Counted from the first letter of the stretch, positions 25,809 to 36,778 are shown. The stretch is DNA of 64,000 bases from Dermatophilaceae bacterium (GCA_035655615.1 DASRUA010000153.1:1541-65540); one strand, 5' to 3'. Numbers and translations: made by a program. The notes: generated by a model not told the origin, from the letters alone.

Positions 25809-27001
25809 AGGTCTGCGGCCCCGAGATGGGCCCGGACGGCCGCGACAGCTTCGGGCAGCTCCGCAATGAACCGGCTGACGTCGTCATCGAGGGTCGGGGC
25901 GATCGGGTCCAACGGGAGGGTGACTCGAACGTTCCCGTGGGTGAGCACCCCCATTGCAGCCAGGACATGACTTGGCTCGAGCATGCTGGAGGTGCAGGCC
26001 GAGCCGGAGCCGACGGCAAATCCCCGACGGTCGAGCTCGATCACCAACGCCTCCCCGTCGACATAGAGCAGGGAGAACGTCAGGACGTGAGGCAGGCGGT
26101 CGTCCGGGTCACCGACGACTTCCACATCAGGCAGGTCGTGCGCCGCCGCGCGAAGTCGCCCGATGACGGCGGACGACGAGACGCTCTGCTCCGCGCGGTT
26201 TGCCTCGGTCTGTCGCCACCCCTCGGCCGCCGCCAGCGCGAGCGCGAGCACGGGCTCGACGTCGGTGCGCCCGTGCTCGACCTCACTGACCGGGCCGGGA
26301 CGGCGCCACCGCGTGCGCTCGGGGACGACCAACACCCCCAGACCGCTTGGGCCACCCCAGGACTTCGCATCCCCGGCCAGGACGTCGAAGTGCTCAGGGG
26401 TCGCGTCACGCCCCAGGGATGCCATGGCGTCCACCAGCAGCGGTACTCCGTGTGCCTGGCACTGTTCCAGTGCCCGATCGAGGGGCTGACGCGTGCCGAC
26501 CTCCCCGTTGGCGGACTGAACCGCAGCCAGAACCGTGCCGGGCACGGCGACCGCCTGTTCGAAGGCGGACAGGTCAACCCGTCCCAACCAGTCCACGGGT
26601 ACCTCGTCAAACAGCGATGGATCCTGCGCTGCGGCGGCGTGGTACCGGCCCGTGGCCAGGATCGCGGAGTGTTCGACGGCGGTGGCGACCAGGCGTGCGC
26701 CACGGCGCCGGCCGGCATACCGTAGTCCCTCCAGCCCGGTCCGAAGTGCTGTCGGGCCCGAGGGCAGGAACGAGAGCTCGGAGGGGCGTACACCCAGTCC
26801 CTGGGCCAGCACTTCGCGCGCCTGGTCCAGGAGGGCCCGGGCACCGCGACCCTCGGCGTACAGCCGTCGCGGGTCGGCCCAACCTGCGTCCAGCGCCGCC
26901 ATCAGGGTCGTCCGGGCGGCGGGCAACATCGGCGAGCTGACCGCGTCCAGCAGGACACGGGGCAGGCGCGCCGGCACGTCGCCAACTCGATGTTGCGCCA
27001 C
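25805..27001 (-). CDS. class V aminotransferase / cysteine desulfurase family protein
   Basis: 398-aa ORF with the fold-type I PLP pattern and the SGSACTS active-site cysteine loop. Confidence 0.83.
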   Translation of the reverse strand: MAQHRVGDVPARLPRVLLDAVSSPMLPAARTTLMAALDAGWADPRRLYAEGRGARALLDQAREVLAQGLGVRPSELSFLPSGPTALRTGLEGLRYAGRRRGARLVATAVEHSAILATGRYHAAAAQDPSLFDEVPVDWLGRVDLSAFEQAVAVPGTVLAAVQSANGEVGTRQPLDRALEQCQAHGVPLLVDAMASLGRDATPEHFDVLAGDAKSWGGPSGLGVLVVPERTRWRRPGPVSEVEHGRTDVEPVLALALAAAEGWRQTEANRAEQSVSSSAVIGRLRAAAHDLPDVEVVGDPDDRLPHVLTFSLLYVDGEALVIELDRRGFAVGSGSACTSSMLEPSHVLAAMGVLTHGNVRVTLPLDPIAPTLDDDVSRFIAELPEAVAAVRAHLGAADL

Positions 27002-27126
27002 GCCCTGAGGTTAGTCCAATTCCGGCCCCACTAAAGCGTGTCGTCATAGTAGGGTTTCGCCGTTGGCTGGTCACTGACTATCGGAGGGTTCACACCTTGC
27101 CTTGGCGCGACGGCACTTCGGCCCGC

Positions 27127-27978
27127 ATGAAGCGGCGGGCACTGATATCCACCGGTCTTGCTGTGGCCTGCGCTGTGGCACTCAGCGGCTGCGGCGAGTC
27201 GGTCAAGCGTGGCCTCCTGCCTCAGGGCGTGACCAGCGAGAGCGGAAGCATCATCACCTTCTGGAACGGCTCGTGGCTGGCTGCCCTCGGCGTTGGCGTG
27301 CTGGTCTGGGGGCTGATTCTATGGTGCGTGGTCGCCTACCGTCGCAAGAAGGACGACGTCGGGCTGCCCGAGCAGCTGCGCTACAACGTGCCGATCGAGA
27401 TTCTCTATACGGTCGTCCCGGTGTTCATGGTCGCCGTCCTGTTCTTCTACACCGCGAAGCTCGAGTCGGCCCAGATGGCGGTTACCCAGAAGCCGGACGT
27501 CACCATCAACGTTGTCGCCAAGCAGTGGAACTGGGACTTCAACTACATCGAGGCCGGCACCTACGAGTCCAACACCATGGTTGCGCTGACCGGCAAGCCG
27601 GGAGTTGCCGCCACGCTGCCGGCGCTGTACCTTCCCGTGAACCAGCAGGTCGAGTTCGTCCTCACCTCTCGCGACGTCGACCACTCGTTCTGGGTGCCGC
27701 AGTTTCTCCGGAAGCTGGACGTCATACCGGGCAAAGTCAACCGGTTCCAGATCAAGCCCACGGAGATCGGCACGTTCCAGGGCAAGTGCGCCGAGCTGTG
27801 CGGGGCCTACCACTCGGCCATGTTGTTCCAGGTCAGGGTTGTCTCCATGGCGGACTACCAGGCGCACATGGCCGAGCTCAGGGCAAAGGGCAACATCGGC
27901 ATGCTCTCCAACAGCCTGAGCCGCGAGAAGATCCAACCGGGCCAGCAGCAGTACCTGCCCACGAACGGGAGCAAGTGA
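27127..27978 (+). CDS. ctaC: cytochrome c oxidase (aa3) subunit II
   Basis: In frame with ORF 27097..27978. ATG 27127 gives a lipoprotein signal with the lipobox LSGC. The CuA site reads HSFWVPQF...[12 protein letters not shown]. Confidence 0.9.
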   Translation: MKRRALISTGLAVACAVALSGCGESVKRGLLPQGVTSESGSIITFWNGSWLAALGVGVLVWGLILWCVVAYRRKKDDVGLPEQLRYNVPIEILYTVVPVFMVAVLFFYTAKLESAQMAVTQKPDVTINVVAKQWNWDFNYIEAGTYESNTMVALTGKPGVAATLPALYLPVNQQVEFVLTSRDVDHSFWVPQFLRKLDVIPGKVNRFQIKPTEIGTFQGKCAELCGAYHSAMLFQVRVVSMADYQAHMAELRAKGNIGMLSNSLSREKIQPGQQQYLPTNGSK

Positions 27979-29771
27979 TGACCACCGTGAAGCCGGGTGC
28001 GGCTGTCCTGTTGGTGCCTGCCACACGTCGTCGGTCGCGCGGTCAGACGGTGGTCAAGTGGGTCACCACGACCGACCACAAGGTGATCGGCAACCTGTAC
28101 TTCATCACCTCGTTCGCCTTCTTCATGATCGGCGGGCTGCTTGCGCTGCTCATCCGGACCGAGCTGTTCGCCCCCGGGCTGCAGGTCGTGGACAACCCCG
28201 AGCAGTACAACCAGCTGTTCACCATGCACGGCACGATCATGCTGCTCCTCTTCGCGACGCCGCTGTTCGCCGGATTCGCCAACGCCCTCATGCCGATCCA
28301 GATAGGTGCGCCTGACGTCGCCTTCCCGCGGCTGAACATGCTCGCCTACTGGATGTACCTGTTCGGTGGTCTGATCGCGAGCGCCGGGTTCCTCACGCCT
28401 CAGGGCGCGGCGTCCTTCGGCTGGTTCGCGTATGCCCCGCTCTCGGACGTGACGTACAGCCCTGGTCTGGGCGGTGACCTGTGGGTATTCGGTCTGGCGT
28501 TGGGTGGTTTCGGCACGATCCTGGGTGCGGTCAACTTCATCACCACGATCATCTGCCTGCGCGCTCCGGGCATGACGATGTTCCGGATGCCGTTGTTCAC
28601 CTGGACCATCCTGGTCACCTCGATCATGGTCCTGATGGCCTTCCCGGTGCTGGCCTCCGCGCTGCTGGCCCTGGGGGCTGACCGACGGCTCGGGGCGCAC
28701 GTGTTCGACCCGGCCAACAGCGGAGCCCTGCTCTGGCAACACCTGTTCTGGTTCTTCGGCCACCCCGAGGTCTACATCATCGCTCTGCCGTTCTTCGGCA
28801 TCATCAGCGAGATCCTGCCGGTGTTCTCCCGCAAGCCGTTGTTCGGCTACAAGGGCATGATCTTCGCGACCATCGCGATTGCCGCGCTCTCCGTGAGCGT
28901 CTGGGCGCACCACATGTATGCGACCGGCCAGGTGCTGCTCCCGTTCTTCGCCATCATGACCATGCTCATAGCCGTGCCGACCGGGGTGAAGTTCTTCAAC
29001 TGGATCGGCACGATGTGGGGCGGGTCCGTGACGTTCGAGACACCGATGCTGTGGGCGATCGGCTTCCTGGTCACGTTCTTGTTCGGCGGCCTTACCGGTG
29101 TCATCCTGTCCAGTCCGCCGTTGGACTTCCAGCTCACCGACTCCTATTTCGTGGTGGCGCACTTCCACTACGTCGTGTTCGGCACCGTCGTGTTCGCCAT
29201 GTTCGCCGGCTTCTACTTCTGGTGGCCCAAGCTCACCGGCCGGATGCTGGACGAGAAGCTGGGCAAGATTCACTTCTGGATGCTGTTCATCGGTTTCCAG
29301 ACGACGTTCCTGATCCAGCATCTGCTCGGAATCAGGGGTATGCCGCGTCGCTATGCGGACTACCTGCCCGAGGACGGCTTCACCTGGATGAACCAGCTTT
29401 CCAGTGTCGGCGCCTTCCTGCTGGGCGCTTCGACGATTCCCTTCCTCTACAACGTGTGGAAGACGTATCGCACAGCGCCGTTGGTCGAGACCGACGACCC
29501 GTGGGGCTATGGCGGGTCGTTGGAGTGGGCAACCTCGTGCCCCCCGCCGCGACACAACTTCGTGTCGATCCCGCGGATCCGCTCTGAGCGCCCGGCGTTC
29601 GACCTGCACCATCCCGAGGCCGCTCAGTACGATGCGCCGGTGGCCGACAAGAACGTTCTGGACACCTTGTTGGGCGGCCCTGATCGCGACAACGCCGGGG
29701 CAGCCGGACAAAGAACTGTGCCGACAGGCAGCAGCGATGACGAGAACGAGAAGGGCGATGACCCGCGATGA
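27978..29771 (+). CDS. ctaD: cytochrome c oxidase subunit I
   Basis: ATG 27978 overlaps the ctaC stop (ATGA). The protein contains [22 protein letters not shown] and the HHMY heme/CuB ligand regions. Confidence 0.95.
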   Translation: MTTVKPGAAVLLVPATRRRSRGQTVVKWVTTTDHKVIGNLYFITSFAFFMIGGLLALLIRTELFAPGLQVVDNPEQYNQLFTMHGTIMLLLFATPLFAGFANALMPIQIGAPDVAFPRLNMLAYWMYLFGGLIASAGFLTPQGAASFGWFAYAPLSDVTYSPGLGGDLWVFGLALGGFGTILGAVNFITTIICLRAPGMTMFRMPLFTWTILVTSIMVLMAFPVLASALLALGADRRLGAHVFDPANSGALLWQHLFWFFGHPEVYIIALPFFGIISEILPVFSRKPLFGYKGMIFATIAIAALSVSVWAHHMYATGQVLLPFFAIMTMLIAVPTGVKFFNWIGTMWGGSVTFETPMLWAIGFLVTFLFGGLTGVILSSPPLDFQLTDSYFVVAHFHYVVFGTVVFAMFAGFYFWWPKLTGRMLDEKLGKIHFWMLFIGFQTTFLIQHLLGIRGMPRRYADYLPEDGFTWMNQLSSVGAFLLGASTIPFLYNVWKTYRTAPLVETDDPWGYGGSLEWATSCPPPRHNFVSIPRIRSERPAFDLHHPEAAQYDAPVADKNVLDTLLGGPDRDNAGAAGQRTVPTGSSDDENEKGDDPR

Positions 29772-30169
29772 AGGTCGAGTTCAGGCTGTTCGTCGTGATC
29801 GGTGTCTTCTTCACCGTCGTGGGGCTCATCTACGGCACGGCTACCCACTGGACCGAGGCGGTGGGACCGTTCGGGCTGTTCCTGTGCGCCGGAGTGGCGG
29901 CGCTGATCGGCTTCTACCTCTGGGAGACCGGTCGCAAGCTGGGCCCCCGACCTGAGGACGACCCGTCGGCACTGATCTCGGCCGCCGAGGGAGAGTACGG
30001 GTTCTTCAGCCCGCACAGCTGGTGGCCACTGGCGGTGGCTGCCTCCGCTGCGGTCGTCTTCCTGGGTCTCGCCGTGGGCTGGTGGCTGGTCATCATCGGC
30101 ATGTTCCTGGCTGCTCTGGCGGTCATCGGCTGGACGTTCGAGTACTTCCGTGGAGAGCACGCCGTCTGA
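29768..30169 (+). CDS. ctaF: cytochrome c oxidase subunit IV (actinobacterial CtaF)
   Basis: 133-aa four-TM ORF that overlaps the ctaD stop and ends in [10 protein letters not shown]. Confidence 0.83.
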   Translation: MKVEFRLFVVIGVFFTVVGLIYGTATHWTEAVGPFGLFLCAGVAALIGFYLWETGRKLGPRPEDDPSALISAAEGEYGFFSPHSWWPLAVAASAAVVFLGLAVGWWLVIIGMFLAALAVIGWTFEYFRGEHAV

Positions 30170-30236
30170 CGGCCCCGCCCGTTCGCTCCGTGGACACGGA
30201 GGACGTCCTCGGAGGCGCAAGGTATTCTGGCCTCTT

Positions 30237-31460
30237 ATGAAAAAATCAGTCAGCTGCCGGCGAGGCAGCCTCCTTCTGACTGCACTCATAGCGGTCAGCC
30301 TCCTGCTTGGTGCCTGCTCGGGCAGCGCGGCGCGGAACGGCTCAGGTTCGGCGCAGACCCCAGCTCAGGCATCCAGGCTTGAGAAGGCTCCGGCGGTGCT
30401 TGATGTGTCCCCGGTAGATCGGACGATCGATGTTCTGCCCAGTGCTCCTGTCACCGTCAGGGCATCCTCAGGGACGTTGCGCGCCGTCACACTCGTGGAT
30501 GACAACGGCGACAAGGTCGAAGGGCAGATCGGTCCAGATGGCACCTGGCGGACAGATGGAAGCAGTGCGCTGTTGCGCCCGTCCACCGTGTACACCCTCA
30601 CTGTCGCGGCGATCGGACCTGGCGGCCTGCCGACATCCACCAGGTCGACCTTCAGGACTCTGACGCCGAAGGTCACTTCGACCTACGCCCTGATGCCCAG
30701 CGGTGGCACTGTCGGGGTCGGTATGCCGGTGATCGTCCAGTTCGACACGGCCGTTACCACCAAGGCTCGGCGGGCCGAGGTCGAGAAGCGGGTCAAGGTC
30801 ACGACCGTTCCGGACCAGGCGGGCGCCTGGGGCTGGCTCGACAACCGCCAGCTGATGTGGCGACCCCAGACGTACTGGCTCCCCGGCACCAAGGTCACCG
30901 TGTCCACACCGCTGCACGGCGTGCAGACCGGAGACAACAAATGGATCACAAAGGATGGCAGGACGAACTTCACCGTGGGTTCGTCCATGGTGAGCACTGT
31001 GGACATGCGCACACACACCCTCACGGTTCGTCGTGATGGTGTGGTCATCCGCACGTTCCCGGTGAGCACGGGTAAGCCAGGACCACTGACGGAGACCCGC
31101 TACGGCACCAAGGTCATCATAGAACGCAACAGCGACATCGTGATGGACTCGGCGACAGTGGGCATTCCCAAGGGCAATCCCAACTACTACAAGATCAAGA
31201 CCAAATGGAACCTGCGGCTGACTTGGACGGGGGAGTTCATCCACTCCGCACCTTGGTCGGTCAACGCCCAAGGCACCCAGAACGTGTCACACGGCTGTAC
31301 CAACATGGCCCCCGCCGGTGCCAAGTGGATGTTCGACAACTCCAAGGTGGGCGACATCGTCACGTTCACCGGCTCCTCACGCCCGTTCAGACCTGTCGAG
31401 GGCATTGGTGTCTGGGTCTATGACTACGCCGGTTGGAAGGCCCAGAGCGCGCTGGTCTGA
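30237..31460 (+). CDS. L,D-transpeptidase (Ig-like + YkuD domains), paralog 1
   Basis: ATG 30237 is in frame with ORF 30150..31460. The protein has a signal/lipobox-like LLLGAC and the catalytic motif HSAPWSVNAQGTQNVSHGCTNM. Confidence 0.85.
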   Translation: MKKSVSCRRGSLLLTALIAVSLLLGACSGSAARNGSGSAQTPAQASRLEKAPAVLDVSPVDRTIDVLPSAPVTVRASSGTLRAVTLVDDNGDKVEGQIGPDGTWRTDGSSALLRPSTVYTLTVAAIGPGGLPTSTRSTFRTLTPKVTSTYALMPSGGTVGVGMPVIVQFDTAVTTKARRAEVEKRVKVTTVPDQAGAWGWLDNRQLMWRPQTYWLPGTKVTVSTPLHGVQTGDNKWITKDGRTNFTVGSSMVSTVDMRTHTLTVRRDGVVIRTFPVSTGKPGPLTETRYGTKVIIERNSDIVMDSATVGIPKGNPNYYKIKTKWNLRLTWTGEFIHSAPWSVNAQGTQNVSHGCTNMAPAGAKWMFDNSKVGDIVTFTGSSRPFRPVEGIGVWVYDYAGWKAQSALV

Positions 31461-31493
31461 GCCTGCTAGAGCTCAGTGTTCGAGGGTTGTGTC

Positions 31494-31596
31494 TCATCCG
31501 AGCCTGTGCAGCCCGTCGTCGATATTGAGATGGTGCGCGACCTCCGGCACCACATTGGCTGGACGTACGAGTACTTCCGTGGAATGCACCCTCTGA
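31494..31596. pseudogene. duplication-junction relics: 3' end of the metallopeptidase gene (minus strand) abutting the 3' end of ctaF (plus strand)
   Basis: On the minus strand, 31494-31556 reads VPEVAHHLNIDDGLHRLG*; the intact gene at 33119 has VHEIAHHFGIDDDRLRELGWD*. On the plus strand, 31557-31596 reads GWTYEYFRGMHP; intact ctaF has [13 protein letters not shown]. Confidence 0.75.
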
Positions 31597-31798
31597 CACC
31601 TCGTGTCTTCGCTGCTCGGTGGTGCAGGGGAAGGGGTATTCTGATTTGACGCTTGGTAGCACTGGGTCTCAAAAGGCCTGAGGTTGTTCACTTGTGTGGC
31701 AACCTGCGGTGGCTTTGGGCGTGATCTGGCCGGCCTCACGGGGGGTGCGGTAACCATCGGTTGAGACGCCGTGCTCCGAGAGTCGGTTTGACGTAGCG

Positions 31799-33052
31799 AT
31801 GACATTAACGAAGTTCCGGCGAGGCCGCGTTCTTGCTGTGGCGTCGGTAGCGGTTTTCTTCCTGTCGCTTGCCTGCCTGGGCAACGTTGCAGCGGGCTCG
31901 ATCGTCAACCGCTTGCCAAGGGCACTGGCGGGGACGACCAAGGGGCAAGCCTCACCCTCACCCTCATCTTCACCCACGCGAGGGACGACTCCGGCGGTGC
32001 TCGACGTGTCTCCGGCGAATCTGGCTGTCGATGTCCTGCCGAAGGCCCTGGTCACGGTGAGGGCGTCCTCCGGCTCGTTGCGTGTCGTAACGCTCGTGGA
32101 TGCGAAGGGCAACCAGGTCGAAGGGCAGACCAGCGCAGATGGCACCTGGGGGGCGACCGAGCTGTTGCGCCCTTCCACGGCATACACCTTGGCCATCGGG
32201 GCGATCGGACCTGACGGCATGCCGACATCCATCAGGTCGACCTTCAGGACCTTGACGCCCAAGGTCAGCGCGACCTACGCCCTGATGCCAAGCGGTGGCA
32301 CTGTCGGTGTGGGCATGCCCGTGATCCTCCAGTTCGACACGGCCGTTGACACCAAGGCTCGGCGGGCCGAGGTCGAGAAGCGGGTCAAGGTCATGTCCGT
32401 TCCGGACCAGGTGGGCGCGTGGGGGTGGCTCGACGACCGACAGCTGATGTGGCGACCCCAGACGTATTGGCTCCCCGGCACCAAGGTCACCGTGTCAACG
32501 CCGCTGCACGGCGTGCAGACCGGGGATAACAAATGGATCACGATCGATGGTGGGACGAGCTTCACGGTGGGCCCGTCCATGGTGAGCAGCGTGGACATGC
32601 GCGCGCACTATCTCACGGTTCGCCTCAATGGCAAGGTCATCCGCACGTTCCCGGTGAGCACCGGCAGGCCCGGGCCGCTGACCGAGACCCGCAGTGGCAT
32701 CAAGGTCATCATGTCGCGCGACCCCGTGGTTGTGATGGACTCGGCGACGATCGGGATCCCCCCGGGTTCTCCCGGCTACTACAAGATCACCACCCAGTGG
32801 GACCTGAGACTGACCTGGACGGGGGAGTTCATCCACTCCGCGCCCTGGTCGGTTGGGGCACAGGGGTCCCAGAACGTGTCGCACGGTTGCACCAACATGG
32901 CTCCTGCCGATGCCCAGTGGATGTTCAACAACTCCAAGGTGGGCGACGTGGTCACCTTCAAGGGGTCCAGTCGAGTGTTCAAAGCCGAAGAGGGCATCGG
33001 TGTCTGGGTCTATGACTACGCGGGCTGGATGGCCAGGAGCGCCCTCGCCTGA
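31799..33052 (+). CDS. L,D-transpeptidase (Ig-like + YkuD domains), paralog 2
   Basis: 417-aa ORF with HSAPWSVGAQGSQNVSHGCTNM. It is collinear with paralog 1 along the whole mature region. Confidence 0.85.
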   Translation: MTLTKFRRGRVLAVASVAVFFLSLACLGNVAAGSIVNRLPRALAGTTKGQASPSPSSSPTRGTTPAVLDVSPANLAVDVLPKALVTVRASSGSLRVVTLVDAKGNQVEGQTSADGTWGATELLRPSTAYTLAIGAIGPDGMPTSIRSTFRTLTPKVSATYALMPSGGTVGVGMPVILQFDTAVDTKARRAEVEKRVKVMSVPDQVGAWGWLDDRQLMWRPQTYWLPGTKVTVSTPLHGVQTGDNKWITIDGGTSFTVGPSMVSSVDMRAHYLTVRLNGKVIRTFPVSTGRPGPLTETRSGIKVIMSRDPVVVMDSATIGIPPGSPGYYKITTQWDLRLTWTGEFIHSAPWSVGAQGSQNVSHGCTNMAPADAQWMFNNSKVGDVVTFKGSSRVFKAEEGIGVWVYDYAGWMARSALA

Positions 33053-33118
33053 GCTCCGGGGTGCTCGGTGTGCAGGGGGACGCTGGTGTTTGTTGGGTGC
33101 CTGCTGTCTGTATGGCGC

Positions 33119-33481
33119 TCAGTCCCATCCGAGCTCGCGCAGCCTGTCGTCGTCGATTCCGAAGTGGTGTGCGATCTCATGCACCACCGTGACAGCAACT
33201 TCGTCCAGTACCTCCTCGCGGGTCGCGCACATCCGAAGCGTCGGCCCGCGGAAGATCGTGATCCGATCCGGCAGTGCTCCGGCGGCCCAGCCTCCATCCC
33301 GCTCGGTCAATGGCGTCCCGTCATAGATGCCGAGCAGGTCCGGATCATCCGACGGTGGTTCATCCTCGACGAGGAACACCACGTTGTCCATGAGGTTGAG
33401 CAGTTCAGCAGGGACGGCGTCGAGCGCGTCCCCGACGGCCTCCTCAAACTCTTGCGTCGTCAGCTTCAACACAGCTGCCAC
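33119..33481 (-). CDS. zincin-like metallopeptidase family protein (HExxH)
   Basis: The stop at 33119 is certain. The protein carries the HEIAHHFG motif. ORF 33119..33658 would overlap the divergent gene, so an internal GTG (33481 or 33472) is preferred. The start is uncertain. Confidence 0.65.
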   Translation of the reverse strand: MAAVLKLTTQEFEEAVGDALDAVPAELLNLMDNVVFLVEDEPPSDDPDLLGIYDGTPLTERDGGWAAGALPDRITIFRGPTLRMCATREEVLDEVAVTVVHEIAHHFGIDDDRLRELGWD

Positions 33482-33614
33482 CCTGTCACGGTGTGGTCCC
33501 TTCCCCGTATCGACGCCGGCTTGTTGCTGCGAAACCACCGGATTGGCGTCGAAGGGGTCGCCAGCCGGTGGTTTCGGCGCAGCAAGAGCCAGGCCGGGGA
33601 AGGATGATGGTCCG

Positions 33615-33911
33615 ATGAGAGTGACCGTGCGGGTCAAGCCTGGAGCCTCCCGGACCAAGGTCGGAGGGCAGTACGGCGAGGCGTCGGCTGGTCATGGCGC
33701 GGTCCTCATCGTCTTTGTGGCGCAGCGGGCTGTGGACGGAGCGGCAACTGAGGGTGTGCTGAAGGCGGTTGCCAAGGCCTTCGGTCTGCGCCGCGCTGAT
33801 GTGGGACTGGCTTCTGCCGGGATGGGCAGGACCTCTCGGACGAAGGTGCTGGAACTGCGAGGTGATGATCAAGCCCTGGCAGCTCGTCTGGCCGAGTTGC
33901 TGGGCAGCTGA
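33615..33911 (+). CDS. DUF167 (YggU-like) protein
   Basis: ATG 33615 is in frame with ORF 33327..33911. MRVTVRVKPGASRTKVGG is the typical N-terminus of this family. Confidence 0.72.
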   Translation: MRVTVRVKPGASRTKVGGQYGEASAGHGAVLIVFVAQRAVDGAATEGVLKAVAKAFGLRRADVGLASAGMGRTSRTKVLELRGDDQALAARLAELLGS

Positions 33912-33926
33912 GCCAGCTGAGCCAGC

Positions 33927-35753
33927 TCAGCTCGGGGAGGTTGGGCCGCCCTCCGTTCCATCCTCGTGGCTGGCATAGGCGTCGGTCTCTGGGCGCTCAT
34001 CGGCGCCACCGTGCAGCTGTCCGACCCACTCCTCGGCGCTAAGGTGCGGTGCGCCGGAGTCCTGCTCCGTTTCGAGCGCCTCGCGTGCAGAGCCGTCGTG
34101 GTGAGCCGCGGCCAGCTCGGCCGGGGACACCGTTTGAACGCCGTCGGCGAAGTAGAAGCTCGAGACCTTTGCGCGCAGACGCTCCCGGCGGGTGCTCTTC
34201 CTGCGTACCCCCTGGGCGTCGACCGTGGCTGTCAGCTTCAGCGGCGTCAGTGTCTCGTGCTGCACCAGGGCCCAGCGCTGGTGCTCGGGGAGTGGCTCGT
34301 GAACCTCGAAGAAGCTGCCCTCTGCGGTGCGCACGACGCGTCCGCTCTCGCGGCCGTGCAGCACGAGATCGTGATCTCGACGCTGCAGGCTCATGCAGAT
34401 CCGTTTGGTCACCCAGTAGGCCAGTGGCGGGATCACGAGCAGCAGGATCCGAAATGTCTGGGTGATGTCGTTGATGGACAGTCCCAGCTTGATCGCTATC
34501 AGGTCATTGCCGGCCGCAAGGAACAGGATGAGGTAGAAGCTGATCGCCATGACGCCCAGCCCGGTGCGGGTGGGAGCGTTACGCGGGCGATCAAGCAGGT
34601 GGTGCTCGCGCTTGTCGCCGGTGACCCAGGACTCGATGAACGGATAGGCCCCGGCGATGCTGTACAGCAGAGGCATCACGATCAGCGAGGGAATGAACAC
34701 GTTCAGGCTGAGGGTGTGGCCGAAGATGTTGAACTCGAAGAAGCCGGGAAAGAGGCGCAGCGCCCCGTCGGCGAAGCCCATGTACCAGTCCGGCTGTGAG
34801 CCGGCGGTCACCGGTGACGGGTCATACGGGCCGTACAACCAGATCGGGTTGATGGTGACCAGGGCGGCCATCAGGGTCGTGATGCCGAAGACGATGAAGA
34901 AGAAGCCGCCGGCCTTGGCCATGTAGACCGGCATGAACGGGTAGCCGATCACGTTTTCGTTTGTTTTGCCCGGGCCGGGGTACTGGGTGTGCTTGTGCAC
35001 CGCCACCAGCACGATGTGCGCGGTGAACAGCCCGATGATGACTGCAGGCAGCAGGAGCACGTGAACAGTGAAGAGCCGGGGGATGATCGCCTCTCCCGGA
35101 AACGCGCCGCCGAACAGGAAGAAGGCCATGTAGGAGCCCAGGACGGGGACGGACTGTATAAAGCCTTCGGCCGCCCGGATGCCGGTGCCCGAGAGCAGGT
35201 CGTCCGGGAGGGAGTACCCGGTGAAGCCCTCGTTGATGGCCAACAGGGACAGGATCGTGCCGATGACCCAGTTGATCTCGCGAGGCTTGCGGAACGCACC
35301 TGTGAAGAAGACCCGGAACATGTGCACGGTGATCGAGACCGTGAAAAGAAGTGCCGACCAGTGGTGGATCTGGCGCATGATCAGGCCGCCACGGACGTCG
35401 AAGCTGATGTCGACGGTGGACTTGAACGCCTCGCTCATAGGGATGCCCTTGAGCGGTACGTAAGAGCCGTTGTAGATCACCTTTCCAGAGCTGGGGACGA
35501 ACCAGAAGGTCAGGAACGTTCCGGTCACCAGCAGGATGATGAGCGAGAACATGGCGATCTCGCCGAGCATGAAGGACCAGTGGTCAGGGAACACCTTCTT
35601 GAGCAGGTAGCTCGTCGGCTTGGCCGCGCTGGTGCGGTCGTCGAGCCAGCCTGCGAGGCCGCCCCCCCTGGACTTGGAGGCCGCCACCTCTTCCAGGGTG
35701 AGGTCGTCGGCGCGCAGACCCTCGGCACCCTTCGGAGTGGATTGGGGACTCAT
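33927..35753 (-). CDS. qcrB: cytochrome bc1 complex cytochrome b subunit
   Basis: 608-aa ORF. Multi-TM protein with the heme-ligand regions RQIHHWSALLF and FTVHVLLLP, plus a long C-terminal extension. Confidence 0.92.
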   Translation of the reverse strand: MSPQSTPKGAEGLRADDLTLEEVAASKSRGGGLAGWLDDRTSAAKPTSYLLKKVFPDHWSFMLGEIAMFSLIILLVTGTFLTFWFVPSSGKVIYNGSYVPLKGIPMSEAFKSTVDISFDVRGGLIMRQIHHWSALLFTVSITVHMFRVFFTGAFRKPREINWVIGTILSLLAINEGFTGYSLPDDLLSGTGIRAAEGFIQSVPVLGSYMAFFLFGGAFPGEAIIPRLFTVHVLLLPAVIIGLFTAHIVLVAVHKHTQYPGPGKTNENVIGYPFMPVYMAKAGGFFFIVFGITTLMAALVTINPIWLYGPYDPSPVTAGSQPDWYMGFADGALRLFPGFFEFNIFGHTLSLNVFIPSLIVMPLLYSIAGAYPFIESWVTGDKREHHLLDRPRNAPTRTGLGVMAISFYLILFLAAGNDLIAIKLGLSINDITQTFRILLLVIPPLAYWVTKRICMSLQRRDHDLVLHGRESGRVVRTAEGSFFEVHEPLPEHQRWALVQHETLTPLKLTATVDAQGVRRKSTRRERLRAKVSSFYFADGVQTVSPAELAAAHHDGSAREALETEQDSGAPHLSAEEWVGQLHGGADERPETDAYASHEDGTEGGPTSPS

Positions 35754-36778
35754 CCGCGTTCCCAGTAACTAGGGCCGACCGGTTGCAGGAACGGCGCGGC
35801 GGCGATCAGATAGCCGTCGGCATCGACGGTGATCTTCAGCTGCGGCAAGGGGCGGTGGGCGGGACCGAAGATGACCTCCGCGTCGCGGGTGACGTCGAAG
35901 GTGGACTGGTGGCAGGGACACAACAGATGATGGGTCCGATGCTCGTAGAGACCCACGGGGCACCCCACGTGGGTGCAGATCTTGGAATAGGCGACGATGC
36001 CGTCGACGCCCCAGGCACTTTCCTTGGGGACCTGGATGGCGTCGGGGGGCAGGGAGATGAGGATGACAGCGGCCTTGGCTTTCTCCTCGAGGACGTGCGG
36101 GGACTTGTCGATGCCCTCGGGCATCACGTGAAAGACGGAACCCAACGTGACGTCACTCAGCTTGATCGGGGTCATCTCCGGGTCGCGCATCAGCCGCATT
36201 CCCCTGCGCCAGAATGTTGTTGACAGATCGGCCTTGGGGAGCGGGCCGAGGCTGCCGGTCAGCTGCACGAGCAGCGGGATGGCGAAGAGACCAAGAGCCC
36301 CCCCCAGCGTGTACTTGATCAAGGGACGGCGGCCCAGCTGCGACGCAGAGCCACCGGCCACGATGGTCTCGACCGCGTCCTGCCTGGCCTCGTCGGAGGA
36401 TCGCTGGGGATGGCGGTCCTCGATCACTTCGGTGTCGGGCATCAGCGTCTTGGCCCAGTGGACGGCGCCGAGACCGATGCACAAGAGGCTCACCCCGAGT
36501 GAGACGCCGAGGACGATGTTGGACAGACTCGCCAGCCCGATGCCGGGGATGAACTGGTAGGTCTTCTGGTCGATCGCGAAGTAGGCGACCAGAAACACGA
36601 CGGTGGCCAGCATCGAGACACTGAAGAGGGTTGCCACCTGGCGTTCTGCCCGACGGGCGGCCCTTTCGTCGAGATCCGCCGAGCGGGGCACGTGCGGGGG
36701 CAGCCCCGGATTGGTGAAACGATCCGGTGCGCCGCCTGAGCCCTCGACCAGTCCCTGCTCCGTACCGTGTTCGCTCAT
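35750..36778 (-). CDS. qcrA: cytochrome bc1 complex Rieske iron-sulfur subunit
   Basis: 342-aa ORF with the Rieske boxes CTHVGCPV and CPCHQSTF. It overlaps the qcrB start. Confidence 0.92.
   Translation of the reverse strand: MSEHGTEQGLVEGSGGAPDRFTNPGLPPHVPRSADLDERAARRAERQVATLFSVSMLATVVFLVAYFAIDQKTYQFIPGIGLASLSNIVLGVSLGVSLLCIGLGAVHWAKTLMPDTEVIEDRHPQRSSDEARQDAVETIVAGGSASQLGRRPLIKYTLGGALGLFAIPLLVQLTGSLGPLPKADLSTTFWRRGMRLMRDPEMTPIKLSDVTLGSVFHVMPEGIDKSPHVLEEKAKAAVILISLPPDAIQVPKESAWGVDGIVAYSKICTHVGCPVGLYEHRTHHLLCPCHQSTFDVTRDAEVIFGPAHRPLPQLKITVDADGYLIAAAPFLQPVGPSYWERG

Noticed and set aside
27102-29771. 889-aa ORF suggesting a fused CtaC-CtaD protein.
   Set aside because: The first 292 codons are an alternative frame across ctaC with nonsense-like composition. 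The true ctaD starts at ATG 27978, overlapping the ctaC stop.
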